A stretch of 64,000 nt of DNA from a virus (Duplodnaviria > Caudoviricetes). The stretch lies in the IMG/VR virus record IMGVR_UViG_3300020434_000055; one strand, given 5' to 3'. The position numbers were made by a program, and so were the translations under genes. Below are positions 1 through 10,620 of the stretch, piece by piece. The notes below the pieces were generated by a model that did not search any database, had not been told where the DNA came from, and was given only the letters and a program-made list of their open reading frames with translations. Every line of letters begins with the position of its first letter. Position 1 is the first letter of the stretch.

Positions 1-3000
1 GATCCTAATCCAACTAATAGTCCAGATTTAATTGCTGGAAAAATGGTTAGAGGTTTAACTACTCACGCAACAGGAAAAGTAGTTTCTGTAACACAAGGAG
101 CTTCTGTAGATACAGTCCTAGTTGATTTATTAGAACCAAAAACATTTGCAATAGGTGAAAAAGTAGAATTTGCTCAACCAATAAGAGAGAAACATATAGC
201 TATAAAAGTTGAATCAGGCGTATATTACGAAGACCTTCCAATCAAATTACCTGATAACGTTTCTCTTCAAGGTGATGAAATGAGAAGAAGTATTATTAGA
301 CCTCGTGACAGAATTTCTCAATCTCCTTGGGTAAGAATGTATTTTTATAGAGATTTAACATTTGATGGTTTAACAATTGCTACACAAAATTATGGTTATC
401 ACTATTTGTCAGATGCAAATGATAACGCCAGTACTCCTAAAAATAATAAAGAATTAGATATTCTTTTATTAAACAACTCAAGTATTATAAAAAATATAAC
501 ATTCCAAGGACATGGAGGCTTTGCACAGGTATTAGATCCTGAAGGAGCAATTCTTACTAAATCTCCTTATACGTTTGACGCCGCTTGTTATTCTCAATCT
601 ATAAATGCTAAAGCATTTAGAGGTGGAATGTATATTGATGCATTCGCAGGTAATTTACCTACAAAAGTAACTAATGTTGTTAGTCCTTTTATTTTAGACG
701 TAACAAGTGATGCAGGAACAGGTTTAAGAATTAGAAAACCAATGACACCTTGTCCTTTTTATATTGATGGTGATAGATATCAAATTAATGCAATAAAAAA
801 TTATGATCAAGCAAACGGTACAGCTCAATTACTTCTTGACTCTACATCCAATAGTGGTAATGGTTGGACTGGTGCATATTCTCCACCTTATTCTATTAAT
901 GTTCAAACAGCAGGTAATAAATCAGCTTTAGGTCACGCATTTACTCAAATAAATGATTTAGGTTATGGTATAGTTGTTACTAATAGTGGATTATCAGAAT
1001 TAGTATCTTGTTTTACATATTTCTGTCAAACAGGTATGTATGCAAATCAAGGTGGAAAAATAAGATCTTTAAATAGTTCTTGTTGTCATGGAACATACGG
1101 ACTTGTTTCATCAGGCAGTGACCCTAACGAATCTGTTGATCCTATAACATTAACAAGTGACATGGTTCAAACAGCACTAGCCCGAGATGATGGTGCTAGT
1201 CTAACAAATCCTAGTGGAGCATTATCAATTTATGTTTTTGATTTAGATTATGTTGTTACTAATAATTCTGAAGTAGAAGTAGATCACGGTGGAGTAACAG
1301 GTGTTATAAGATATGAAGTTACAACTATTGAAACAACTACGGAAACTGCTCCGGCAAGTACTAGAGATTCAGCAATCTATAAAATTAATTTAGGAACAAG
1401 TGGTAAAAACGAAACATCTACAACAGGATTAAAACAAGCTATTGCAGATGATCAAACAATAACGATTAGAGCAAATTCTCAATTTGTATTTGGTGCTGTA
1501 GATGATCCGTCCCCAACAAAACCTACTACTGCTATAGTTTTTGATGAAACTCCTACAGTAACATATAGAAGTATTTCTTATTCAACATCTAACCCAGTTG
1601 GTGTTGCCTTACCAGCCAATAGTGCCTTAATTGCTTTTGATGATGTTTATGACTATATTAAAGTAGTTGTAAATGATGCAGAAGCTCAAAATAGTACTCA
1701 CGCAGGTGCAGGAACAACAATGGGACATACAGTAGGTGATGTTGTAATTGCAATTGATAAAGTTGCAGAATCAGTAGATATTGCAAGATTAAACAATGGC
1801 GATATGACATTTGGTTGGGATGGTAAAACTCACAAAATTACAAGTTATACAGATAGAACAACATATGCCACAATAGAAATTACAGATGTATCAAATATTA
1901 ATCCTACTCCAATAGGTACAGGAATTCATAGTCCTATGTCAGGATATACTGGAAGTTCTGGTGCTCCTACATTAAGAGTTGGCTTGTCATCTACTGAACC
2001 AGCTACAATTACTGTATTTGTTTCTACACTAAGAGCATCAAATCATGATTTCTTAGATATAGGAACTGGTGGTTGGAATAGTACTAATTTTCCTAATGTA
2101 ATTTATGGAGCTCCAACAACAGCTCCAGCTCAAGCTAATGAAACTTTAGAATTAGATAAAGGAAGAATTTACTATGTTAGTACTGATCAAGATGGTTTCT
2201 TTAGAGTAGGAAAATATTTTACAGTTGATCAAGCCACAGGAACAGTTTCTTTTGCGGCGGCAATTGCAATTAGTAATCTTGATGGTATAGGATTTAAAAG
2301 AGGTGTTGTTGTAGCAGAATTTAGTACAGACGGCTCAATGATTGACAATTCTACTGATACTGTACCAACAGAATCAGCTGTTAGACAATATGTTAATAGA
2401 AGATTAGGTTTTGACCATGCAAATACTTTAGTAGGTAATCCAATTGGTGCAGGTGCAGTTGCTAGAGATGGTTCTGCTCCATTTACAGCAAACGTAGGTG
2501 CAGGTGGACATAAATTAATTGACTTATCAGATCCTTCAGCAGATCAAGATGCCGCTACAAAAAGTTATACAGATAGCATCATATATGAAACAGATCAAAT
2601 TGAAGATATAAGAAATATTAATATTTCTAGTTTAGCTTCAGGTCACCTTTTAGTATTCAATGGAGCATATAGATTATTTTCTAATCCAGCATCAGGTGGA
2701 AATTTTGCGGCAAGTGATGTAATCACTGGTTCTGTTACAGGTGCAACAGGAACAATAACAGAAGTTGAAGTTCTTGTATTACCTGGAGGCGTTAATGCTA
2801 CTAGAATTACTTTTAATTGGACTTCTAGCCCAACAGCTTTCACAACAGCAGATATAATTGACACAGGTGGTGGAGTTACAGCTCAAGTTATTGATGCTCC
2901 TATGAATGAAGTAGCCAATGCTGTAATGTCTGCATCTAGTGATGTTAGTATAACTGCAACTAGAGGAGCAAATGATACTGAAATAGATTTCCAAATAGAA

Positions 3001-4326
3001 TCAGATGTTATTGTAAATGCAGATGTTAAATCCGACGCCAACATATCACAAAGTAAATTAAACTTAAATGCGGCAACTACAAGAGCAAATGCTTCAGGAA
3101 TTAGTCAAGCAGACTTAGGTGTTGCAAGTTTTGATAGTAGCACTTTTACTATTACTGATGGTTGGGTTGAAATTACTCCTAGTTCACTTACATTTAGTGA
3201 CTTACCTAATTTAGCTCAAAATGAAGCATATGCTAGAACAGCCGTTGGTTCAGGTTCAGCAAGTGCAATTAGTTTTGATGATATAATTAGTGGAGGTGGT
3301 GCAGTTATTGATTCTGACTTTGTTACAGAAGTAGGACAAGCAGATGATCCTGGAGAAGCACTTATAAAAATTGGTGCAGGTCAATACAAAATTACTAATG
3401 TATCAAAAACAGGAGAATCAAACAGTATAATTAAATCAGATGGTTCTGGTGTAGTTAATATTTCATCATTGTCTATAGATAGTAATCCGACAATGGATGT
3501 TGTTTCAAGTACTCTTGAATTTCACACACCTGGCGGAATAAAATTTTTATCAGGAGTTGGAAGTACATCTGCTACTACTGTTGTTGATTTTATAGGAAAA
3601 GAATTTAGCCTTAATCATGTTTCTACTGGAGATGCTTCAGCAAGTAATTCTCAAGAAGCAGATGACGCCGCTCTTGCAGTTAGTCATTTATATACAAAAT
3701 TTATAGAATCAGAAGAAAAAGATACTGATCCAACTGGAATAGGTTTAGGTCAAAGTAGTGCATACGTTTCTGCCAGTGATACAGGTACAGAAGGTAGAAT
3801 AGCACTTGTGGCTGACGGACTTGTTCCAGTATTAGTTACAGCAACAGGAATTATTCCTGATGCAGATGTAACATATAACATTGGTACATCTACAAGAAAA
3901 TATAATACAATGTATGCAACTACTTTTGAAGGTACAGCAACATCGGCACAATACGCTGACTTGGCGGAAAAATATATTGCCGATAATGAATATGATCCAG
4001 GTACAGTTATAATATTTGGTGGGGACAAAGAAGTTACTACTACACAATTATCTGAAGACACAAGAGTTGCTGGAGTTGTTTCAGACAAACCAGCATACTT
4101 AATGAATTCAGAACAAGAAGGTGGAACAGCAATTGCTCTTCAAGGTAGAGTTAAAGTTAAAATAGCTGGAATGTGTAGAAAAGGTGATATGTTAGTTACA
4201 AGTAGTATTAGAGGATACGCTTCATCTAGTCCTGATCCTAGAGTTGGAACAGTATTAGGTAAAGCATTAGAAGATCATATGAGCCCAGGACAAGGTATGA
4301 TAGAAATGGTAGTAGGTAGAGTATAA
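1..4326 (+). CDS. Large tail fibre/virion structural protein, 5'-truncated (frame open from base 1)
   Basis: The frame is open upstream of ATG 43. Gly/Thr/Ser/Asp-rich. The C-terminal SAQYADLAEKY...GTVIIFGG...ALQGRV module is typical of phage fibre C-termini. Confidence 0.75.
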   Translation, partial: DPNPTNSPDLIAGKMVRGLTTHATGKVVSVTQGASVDTVLVDLLEPKTFAIGEKVEFAQPIREKHIAIKVESGVYYEDLPIKLPDNVSLQGDEMRRSIIRPRDRISQSPWVRMYFYRDLTFDGLTIATQNYGYHYLSDANDNASTPKNNKELDILLLNNSSIIKNITFQGHGGFAQVLDPEGAILTKSPYTFDAACYSQSINAKAFRGGMYIDAFAGNLPTKVTNVVSPFILDVTSDAGTGLRIRKPMTPCPFYIDGDRYQINAIKNYDQANGTAQLLLDSTSNSGNGWTGAYSPPYSINVQTAGNKSALGHAFTQINDLGYGIVVTNSGLSELVSCFTYFCQTGMYANQGGKIRSLNSSCCHGTYGLVSSGSDPNESVDPITLTSDMVQTALARDDGASLTNPSGALSIYVFDLDYVVTNNSEVEVDHGGVTGVIRYEVTTIETTTETAPASTRDSAIYKINLGTSGKNETSTTGLKQAIADDQTITIRANSQFVFGAVDDPSPTKPTTAIVFDETPTVTYRSISYSTSNPVGVALPANSALIAFDDVYDYIKVVVNDAEAQNSTHAGAGTTMGHTVGDVVIAIDKVAESVDIARLNNGDMTFGWDGKTHKITSYTDRTTYATIEITDVSNINPTPIGTGIHSPMSGYTGSSGAPTLRVGLSSTEPATITVFVSTLRASNHDFLDIGTGGWNSTNFPNVIYGAPTTAPAQANETLELDKGRIYYVSTDQDGFFRVGKYFTVDQATGTVSFAAAIAISNLDGIGFKRGVVVAEFSTDGSMIDNSTDTVPTESAVRQYVNRRLGFDHANTLVGNPIGAGAVARDGSAPFTANVGAGGHKLIDLSDPSADQDAATKSYTDSIIYETDQIEDIRNINISSLASGHLLVFNGAYRLFSNPASGGNFAASDVITGSVTGATGTITEVEVLVLPGGVNATRITFNWTSSPTAFTTADIIDTGGGVTAQVIDAPMNEVANAVMSASSDVSITATRGANDTEIDFQIESDVIVNADVKSDANISQSKLNLNAATTRANASGISQADLGVASFDSSTFTITDGWVEITPSSLTFSDLPNLAQNEAYARTAVGSGSASAISFDDIISGGGAVIDSDFVTEVGQADDPGEALIKIGAGQYKITNVSKTGESNSIIKSDGSGVVNISSLSIDSNPTMDVVSSTLEFHTPGGIKFLSGVGSTSATTVVDFIGKEFSLNHVSTGDASASNSQEADDAALAVSHLYTKFIESEEKDTDPTGIGLGQSSAYVSASDTGTEGRIALVADGLVPVLVTATGIIPDADVTYNIGTSTRKYNTMYATTFEGTATSAQYADLAEKYIADNEYDPGTVIIFGGDKEVTTTQLSEDTRVAGVVSDKPAYLMNSEQEGGTAIALQGRVKVKIAGMCRKGDMLVTSSIRGYASSSPDPRVGTVLGKALEDHMSPGQGMIEMVVGRV

Positions 4327-4541
4327 TGGCACAACAAAATATAAATGTAGGTACAAGTGCAAACAAAGGTGATGGTGATCCATTAAGAACGGCGTTTACT
4401 AAAATAAACTCCAATTTTACTGACGCAGACACTAGAATAGTTGCATTAGAAGATGGAACAATTTCTTTAGCAACTTTAAAATCAGTAGTGGCGGCAAGTA
4501 CAGATTTTAATGATTTTAAAACAAGGGTAGCGGCATTATAG
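4326..4541 (+). CDS. Small virion protein with T4 gp9-like baseplate-connector N-terminal motif
   Basis: MAQQNINVGTSANKGDGDPLRTAFTKINSNF matches the gp9-type INIG..ANDG.GD.LR.AF.K.N.NF motif. Confidence 0.65.
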   Translation: MAQQNINVGTSANKGDGDPLRTAFTKINSNFTDADTRIVALEDGTISLATLKSVVAASTDFNDFKTRVAAL

Positions 4542-4549
4542 GATAGATT

Positions 4550-7500
4550 ATGGCAGATAGAATACCACTTATAGTAGATACATCGGACGGTAATAAAATA
4601 AAAGAATTACCAGTAGGTGATAATTTAGATTTATCTAATTCATCATTAGTTAATGTTACATCTGTAACAGCTACTAGTGTAAATGTAGGCGGAAATCTTT
4701 TTACTGGATCATATGCAGATCTTACAAACACTCCTACAATTCCAACAGATATTAGTGACTTAACAGATACTCAAAGTTTGCTTGGTGCAGGAGGTGGTGG
4801 TACAACTATTATATCAGGCGGTGGTGCTGGACGATGGATGTTAACTGCTGATGACAGTACTCAAGTTGATATATTATCAGACAATACAGTAAAAATTGCA
4901 GGAGCAGGTAATATTACTACTGCTACATCTGATGTATCAGGTACTACTGTTCTTACTGTAACTGGAACAGAATCAATAAGATGGGATTCCGGTTCAGGTT
5001 TATTTGAATTATTCACCGGTGTTGATTGGATCCCAATTATAGATACTACATATACATTTGAAGCAGGTGATGGTGATGACGCAACTGCTAAAAAAATTCG
5101 ATTAACAGGTACTGGTCAATCTACTCAAGACGTAACAGTTAGAGAAGGAACAGGCGTTACTATAACTAGAACAAGCAACGAATTAACATTTACAGCTACA
5201 GACACAGATACAACTTATTCTATATCGGCGGCTGAGGATGGTAATACAAATGCTGTACTAAGATTAACAGCTTCTAGTCTTTTAACAGATGACGTTATAT
5301 TTGCTCCAGGTTCAGGTATTGGTATTGCTAAAACAGATGATAACACATTAACTATTTCAAATACTGCGGCGGGAGCCAATGCTTTTGGAACTGTTACTGT
5401 TGGAGTGACTGATATTGTAGCAGATACTACTAATGATACTTTAACCATTGTAGGAGGAGCTAATATTGATGTAACAGGAGATGCAGGAACTGATACTATT
5501 ACAATTGCTAATACTCATGCTGATCAAAATCTTTTTAATCAAGTAGCAGGAGATACAGGAAGTAGAATAGCTCAAACTACTACAGAAACTTTAACAATAG
5601 CCGGTGGCACAAATGTTACAACAACTGTTGCAGGTTCTACTGTAACTATTGACGCAACAGGTGGCGGCGGTTCACAAAATGTATTTGGAGTAATTGCAGT
5701 TAGTGGTCAAAGTAATGTAGTAGCAGATTCTACAACAGATACTTTAACTCTTGTTGCTGGTACAGGAATAACACTTACAACTAATCCTACGAATGATAGT
5801 ATAACTGTTACAAATAGTTCTACGGGATCATCACAAAATTTATTCCAAACAGTTGCAGTTTCCGGACAAAATAATATTGTCGCAGATTCGGCTACTGACA
5901 CTTTAACTTTTGTAGGAGGTGCAGGAATAACACTTACAACTAATAGTACAACTGACGCTGTAACTATTGTTAATGCAGATCCAAATGTAGATCAAAATAT
6001 ATTCCAATCAATTGCGGTTAGTGGTCAAGGTAATGTTGTAGCAGATTCTACAACAGATACATTAACTTTCGTTGCTGGCAGTAATATGACAATTACTACT
6101 GATGTAGCAACTGATACTGTTACATTTGCTTCAAGTGGTGGAGGTGGATCTCAAAACGTATTTGATAAAATTGCTGTTAGTGGAGAAACAGATGTTGTAG
6201 CAGATTCTACAACAGATACATTAACTTTCGTTGCTGGTGCAGGTATAGGAATTACAACTACTCCTGGTACTGATAGCGTAACTATCTCTGCCTCAGGTGG
6301 AGCAGGATCACAAAGTTTATTTGAAACAATTGCAGTTAGTGGTCAAAGTGATGTTGTAGCAGATACAACAACTGACACATTAACTTTTGTTGCAGGTACT
6401 AATATGACAATTACCACTGATGCTGGAACTGATACTGTTACATTTGATTCAAGTGGTGGTGGAGGTTCACAAGATTTATTCAAAACAATTACAGTTGCAG
6501 GACAAGATGATGTTGTCGCAGATTCAACTGCTGATGTTTTAACTTTTGTTGCTGGTACAGACATATCAATAACAACTAATCAGGCGGCTGATAGTATTAC
6601 AATTAATTCTACTGGTAGTGGTGGTGAAGATAATGAATTTTCATTTAAAACAATTGAAGTTTCAGGACAAAGTGATGTTGTAGCAGATACAACAACTGAT
6701 ACATTAACATTTATTGAAGGTAGTAATATGACAATTACTACTAGTGGTGATTCAATTACATTTGCATCAACAGGCGGCGGTGGCTCACAAAATTTATGGG
6801 CAACTGTGGCAGGAGACACAGGTAGTACAACAGCTAACACTACTACAGATACTTTAGGAATAGTAGGTGGAACAGATATTAGTACTTCTATTGTAGCAGA
6901 TCTTTTAACAATTAATTACACAGGCGGAGCTAGTGCTCAAAATTTATTCAGTACAATTGCTATAGCAGGACAAAATTCAATAGTAGCTGATGCTCCTACT
7001 GACACTTTAACTTTAGCATCAGGGGCAGGTATAGTATTAGTAACTACTGCCGCTACAGATACTCTAACTATTGCAAATTCGGCACCAAATATAGTTCAAG
7101 ATGTATTCTCCGAAATTGCAGTTTCAGGACAATCAAGTCTTTTCGCAGATTCATCTGCAGATACGTTAAATGTGGCGGAAGGTGCAGGAATAGAAGTAAC
7201 AACAAGTGCTGGTACCGACACTTTAACAATTACAAATACTGCTCCTAATGTAGTTCAAAGTCTATGGTCACAAATAAGTTCAGATTCAGGTAGCACAACA
7301 GCTAATACTTCTACAGACGCTTTAGCAATACTAGGTGGAACAGATATTAGTACTTCTGTATCCGGTGACACCTTAACTATTGCTTACACAGGGTCTAGTG
7401 GTTCTAATCAAAATTTATGGTATACTATAGATTCAGATTCAGGTTCTACAACAGCAAATTCAACAACAGATACATTATCAATTGCCGGTGGTACAAGTAT

Positions 7501-8101
7501 TGGAACATCTGTATCAGGAGATACTTTAACTATTACAAATCAGGCTCCAAATGTAGATCAAAATTTATTCAATACAATTGCAGTCTCAGGACAAAGTGAT
7601 GTTATTGCAGATACAACAACTGATACATTAACTTTTGTTGCTGGTTCAAATATAACAATTACCACAGATGCCGGTACTGATAGTATTACTATTAATTCTA
7701 CTGGTGGAGGTGGATCAGGAACTCCAGGTGGTTCTACAACAGAAGTTCAATATAATGACGGTGGATCGTTTGCTGGTGATTCTGATTTAACATGGAACTC
7801 AGGCACTAATACATTATCAGCTAAAAATATTATTGCTGAAACTGTAGAAACAGAAACTATTGAAGCTCCTTCCAATTTAGTAGGAACTTATACAATTTCA
7901 TCACCAACAACTATCACATTAGATCCGGTTAGTGAAGTTATACTTGATGCTCCAATAAAATTACTTGGAAAAACAGCGGCTCAATTAGCAACCTTCACTG
8001 CAAGTGCTGGAACAATAGTTGCTGTATCAGATAATAGTTATAAACCAGCATACTACGATGGTTCAAATTGGAAATATGTTGCAACTGATGGAGGTGTATA
8101 A
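4550..8101 (+). CDS. Tail fibre/adhesin-like protein with about 15 tandem 50-53 aa repeats
   Basis: Repeated unit xQNLFxTIAVSGQSDVVADxTTDTLTFVAGxxITITTxxxTDxxTI; located in the tail cluster. Confidence 0.75.
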   Translation: MADRIPLIVDTSDGNKIKELPVGDNLDLSNSSLVNVTSVTATSVNVGGNLFTGSYADLTNTPTIPTDISDLTDTQSLLGAGGGGTTIISGGGAGRWMLTADDSTQVDILSDNTVKIAGAGNITTATSDVSGTTVLTVTGTESIRWDSGSGLFELFTGVDWIPIIDTTYTFEAGDGDDATAKKIRLTGTGQSTQDVTVREGTGVTITRTSNELTFTATDTDTTYSISAAEDGNTNAVLRLTASSLLTDDVIFAPGSGIGIAKTDDNTLTISNTAAGANAFGTVTVGVTDIVADTTNDTLTIVGGANIDVTGDAGTDTITIANTHADQNLFNQVAGDTGSRIAQTTTETLTIAGGTNVTTTVAGSTVTIDATGGGGSQNVFGVIAVSGQSNVVADSTTDTLTLVAGTGITLTTNPTNDSITVTNSSTGSSQNLFQTVAVSGQNNIVADSATDTLTFVGGAGITLTTNSTTDAVTIVNADPNVDQNIFQSIAVSGQGNVVADSTTDTLTFVAGSNMTITTDVATDTVTFASSGGGGSQNVFDKIAVSGETDVVADSTTDTLTFVAGAGIGITTTPGTDSVTISASGGAGSQSLFETIAVSGQSDVVADTTTDTLTFVAGTNMTITTDAGTDTVTFDSSGGGGSQDLFKTITVAGQDDVVADSTADVLTFVAGTDISITTNQAADSITINSTGSGGEDNEFSFKTIEVSGQSDVVADTTTDTLTFIEGSNMTITTSGDSITFASTGGGGSQNLWATVAGDTGSTTANTTTDTLGIVGGTDISTSIVADLLTINYTGGASAQNLFSTIAIAGQNSIVADAPTDTLTLASGAGIVLVTTAATDTLTIANSAPNIVQDVFSEIAVSGQSSLFADSSADTLNVAEGAGIEVTTSAGTDTLTITNTAPNVVQSLWSQISSDSGSTTANTSTDALAILGGTDISTSVSGDTLTIAYTGSSGSNQNLWYTIDSDSGSTTANSTTDTLSIAGGTSIGTSVSGDTLTITNQAPNVDQNLFNTIAVSGQSDVIADTTTDTLTFVAGSNITITTDAGTDSITINSTGGGGSGTPGGSTTEVQYNDGGSFAGDSDLTWNSGTNTLSAKNIIAETVETETIEAPSNLVGTYTISSPTTITLDPVSEVILDAPIKLLGKTAAQLATFTASAGTIVAVSDNSYKPAYYDGSNWKYVATDGGV
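5375..7715 (+). repeat. About 15 degenerate 150-160 bp tandem coding repeats
   Basis: Recurrent gttgtagcagattctacaacagatacattaact-like units; counted from the translation. Confidence 0.85.
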
Positions 8102-9870
8102 TGTCAATGCCCGATCCAGGTGCTCCACCTAAACAAACTCATAAAGAGTTGCTAGAGAAAAATAAAGAGTTCTTCGCAGAACTACATGAAAAAGATCCAG
8201 ATGATAAATTTGAAACTATTGTTACAGTAAAAAAAGGTATTAACTGGGAAGTACTTCATAATGAACTTACTAGAGATACTACTGCCGATCCAAGTGTAGA
8301 TTCAAATATCATACCAGATAGAACTGTTGATGTTATTAAGTTAAAATCTACTAATAAAAGAAATACTCATTATAATTTAAGTCCTAACGAAGCAAAAAAA
8401 TTAAAAAATGATCCAAGAATCGAAGCCATTGAAGCACCGTTAGATCCAAGGTTTATAATACAACGAAAATATCATGACGGAGGATTTGAAAAAAGTTCAA
8501 GTCATAATAGCAATTATAGAAGAGATAATTGGGGATTATTAAGACATTGTTCTAAAACTAATAATTATGGATCAAGTACTTCAGATCCTGGTGGTTCATA
8601 TGATTATGTTTTAGATGGTACAGGTGTTGATGTTGTGGCTCAAGATTCTGGAGTTGTAATGGGACATCCTGAATGGGAAGATTCAAATGGAGTTAGTAGA
8701 TATGATATGCATGATTGGTATTCGGTATCTGGAATATCTGGAACTCAAGCTAGTAACTTTTATTCATTAACCGATGGTTCTCATGGATCTCATGTTATGG
8801 GAACAATTGCAGGTAAAAACTTTGGTTGGGCAAAAAATTCTAAAATTTACAGTATGAGAATGTTTGGATCTGGTTCTATTGGCGGTTATGATGGTATGGA
8901 CATAATGAGAGGTTGGCATAATAATAAAAATGATCCAAATCATGCTCTATGGACAGGTACACATAGACCAACTGTAGTTAATATGAGTTGGGGGTCTTCT
9001 TACACCTTTTTTGGTGTAGGTGATGACGGGCCCAGTGTTTTTGGTTTCCCAATAACCAGTGGAAATTATCGTGGAAATTCTTATTCTATTAGTAGCAACA
9101 GTGATATGAGAAATAAAGGTTTAAGTTTTTATGGTTATGTTGATTCAATGGATTGGGCCAATGCAGGTATTAATTCTGTCGCTCGAAATGCCGAGGTCGA
9201 GCAAATGATTGATGATGGTATTATTGTATGTATTGCTTCAGGGAATGACGGTCAAAAATGGGATCTTCCTAGTGGAGCAGATTGGGACAATTACGTTACT
9301 TTAGGAGCAAATAGTTATGGCTATCGTCCTGATGATTATTCTCCCTCTATTTGGGATAACCCTTTTTCTGGAAATAAGTATTATTATAATAGAGGAGGCA
9401 GTCCTAATCCGAATTTTAATAGGGCAGGTCAGGCTTTTGTAGTTGGGTCAATTAATTACAATACTTATAGTTCTACTAGGGATAGAAAAAGTCCTTTTAG
9501 TTCTCAAGGTCCGGGAGTTAATATTTGGACGGCAGGTGAAAGGATTATAAGTTGTTCTGACGGCAGTGCAGGCGGACCATACTACCATGATACCAATTAT
9601 TGGCAAGAGAGAATGCAAGGAACATCTATGGCTAGTCCTCAGGCGGCAGGAATGGCGGCTTTAATATTCCAATTGCACCCCGATTGGACACCTAAACAAG
9701 TTGTAAGTTTTATGATTCAAAATGCTATTCAAAGTAACCTTTATTCTTCAAAAGCTAATGGTGGACTAGAAGATGATTATACTAATCATTGGTCTCTATT
9801 TGGTAGTGAAGGTAATGTTGCTTATATACCAATGGCTAATCGTAAACCTTGGAATTGGAGTTCAACTTAA
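8101..9870 (+). CDS. Subtilisin-like S8 serine protease with N-terminal prodomain
   Basis: Catalytic triad motifs VDVVAQDSG (Asp), HGSHVMGTIAG (His), GTSMASPQAAG (Ser); oxyanion region ASGNDG. Confidence 0.9.
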   Translation: MSMPDPGAPPKQTHKELLEKNKEFFAELHEKDPDDKFETIVTVKKGINWEVLHNELTRDTTADPSVDSNIIPDRTVDVIKLKSTNKRNTHYNLSPNEAKKLKNDPRIEAIEAPLDPRFIIQRKYHDGGFEKSSSHNSNYRRDNWGLLRHCSKTNNYGSSTSDPGGSYDYVLDGTGVDVVAQDSGVVMGHPEWEDSNGVSRYDMHDWYSVSGISGTQASNFYSLTDGSHGSHVMGTIAGKNFGWAKNSKIYSMRMFGSGSIGGYDGMDIMRGWHNNKNDPNHALWTGTHRPTVVNMSWGSSYTFFGVGDDGPSVFGFPITSGNYRGNSYSISSNSDMRNKGLSFYGYVDSMDWANAGINSVARNAEVEQMIDDGIIVCIASGNDGQKWDLPSGADWDNYVTLGANSYGYRPDDYSPSIWDNPFSGNKYYYNRGGSPNPNFNRAGQAFVVGSINYNTYSSTRDRKSPFSSQGPGVNIWTAGERIISCSDGSAGGPYYHDTNYWQERMQGTSMASPQAAGMAALIFQLHPDWTPKQVVSFMIQNAIQSNLYSSKANGGLEDDYTNHWSLFGSEGNVAYIPMANRKPWNWSST

Positions 9871-9874
9871 ATCT

Positions 9875-9882
9875 GATAAATA
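9875..9882 (+). promoter_or_regulatory. T4-like late promoter GATAAATA (representative; also 10593, 13746, 15113, 19757, 26682, 34405, 57884, 63343, with AATAAATA variants at 21489, 22677, 27948, 32124, 34151, 34935)
   Basis: Recurs in short intergenic gaps just upstream of structural and lysis genes; resembles the T4 late consensus TATAAATA. Confidence 0.7.
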
Positions 9883-9898
9883 TGAGTAGGAGATAAAA

Positions 9899-10582
9899 AT
9901 GGCAGTTAGTAGTGTTAATATAGGTAATATAGCAAACGACGGTACAGGAGATGATTTAAGAGAAGCGTTTATTAAAGTTAATAATAATTTCGCTGACTTA
10001 GAGGCTAGAAATCCTGAACAAACTACTGCCTCTAATTTATTACCCGACGATGCTAACACTAAAGGTTTATTTTCTACAGTAACAGATTTTGATTTAAAAT
10101 TTAAAAGTCTTAAAGCAGGTACTAACGTTAGTTTTAGTTCTGATGCTAATCAAATTACTATAACTTCTTCAGGTATTGTCAGTATTCAAGTTACTACTGA
10201 TGCAGGTAGTCTTACTCCAATAGGTAGTACAGGGTTAGCTAGGTTTCTTGGTGCTGGTGGTGTTCTCACAACTGGTGGAGGAACTGACGTAACTATAGAT
10301 TCAAGATTATCTAGAGAATCATCTCCATCTTTAGGAGGTACTCTAGACGCGGCGGCAAATAATATTAATAATGTAGGTACATTAACAGTTCAAAACGTAG
10401 ATGGACTTGTAAAAGGTATAGATGTTGGTAATATTGATTCTGTTGTAGGCTTTGATATGGGTGGAATTGTTCCTACTGCTGTTAGTAACCTAATGCAATG
10501 GTTTGAAAGTTTAAAACCACTTGATATGGGTACTCCAGCTTCTCCAAACGCAACAAACATAGATTTAGGCACTTTAGCATAA
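9899..10582 (+). CDS. Baseplate/tail-fibre connector-like protein (gp9-like N-terminus)
   Basis: VNIGNIANDGTGDDLREAFIKVNNNF motif. Confidence 0.65.
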   Translation: MAVSSVNIGNIANDGTGDDLREAFIKVNNNFADLEARNPEQTTASNLLPDDANTKGLFSTVTDFDLKFKSLKAGTNVSFSSDANQITITSSGIVSIQVTTDAGSLTPIGSTGLARFLGAGGVLTTGGGTDVTIDSRLSRESSPSLGGTLDAAANNINNVGTLTVQNVDGLVKGIDVGNIDSVVGFDMGGIVPTAVSNLMQWFESLKPLDMGTPASPNATNIDLGTLA

Positions 10583-10620
10583 TTGTTCTTACGATAAATA
10601 TTAAAAAAGGACAATAATTC

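Noticed and set aside
5375-7715. Possible CRISPR array or DGR repeats
   Set aside because: The repeats are degenerate, in-frame coding units without unique spacers; there is no adenine-specific TR/VR pair and no reverse transcriptase.
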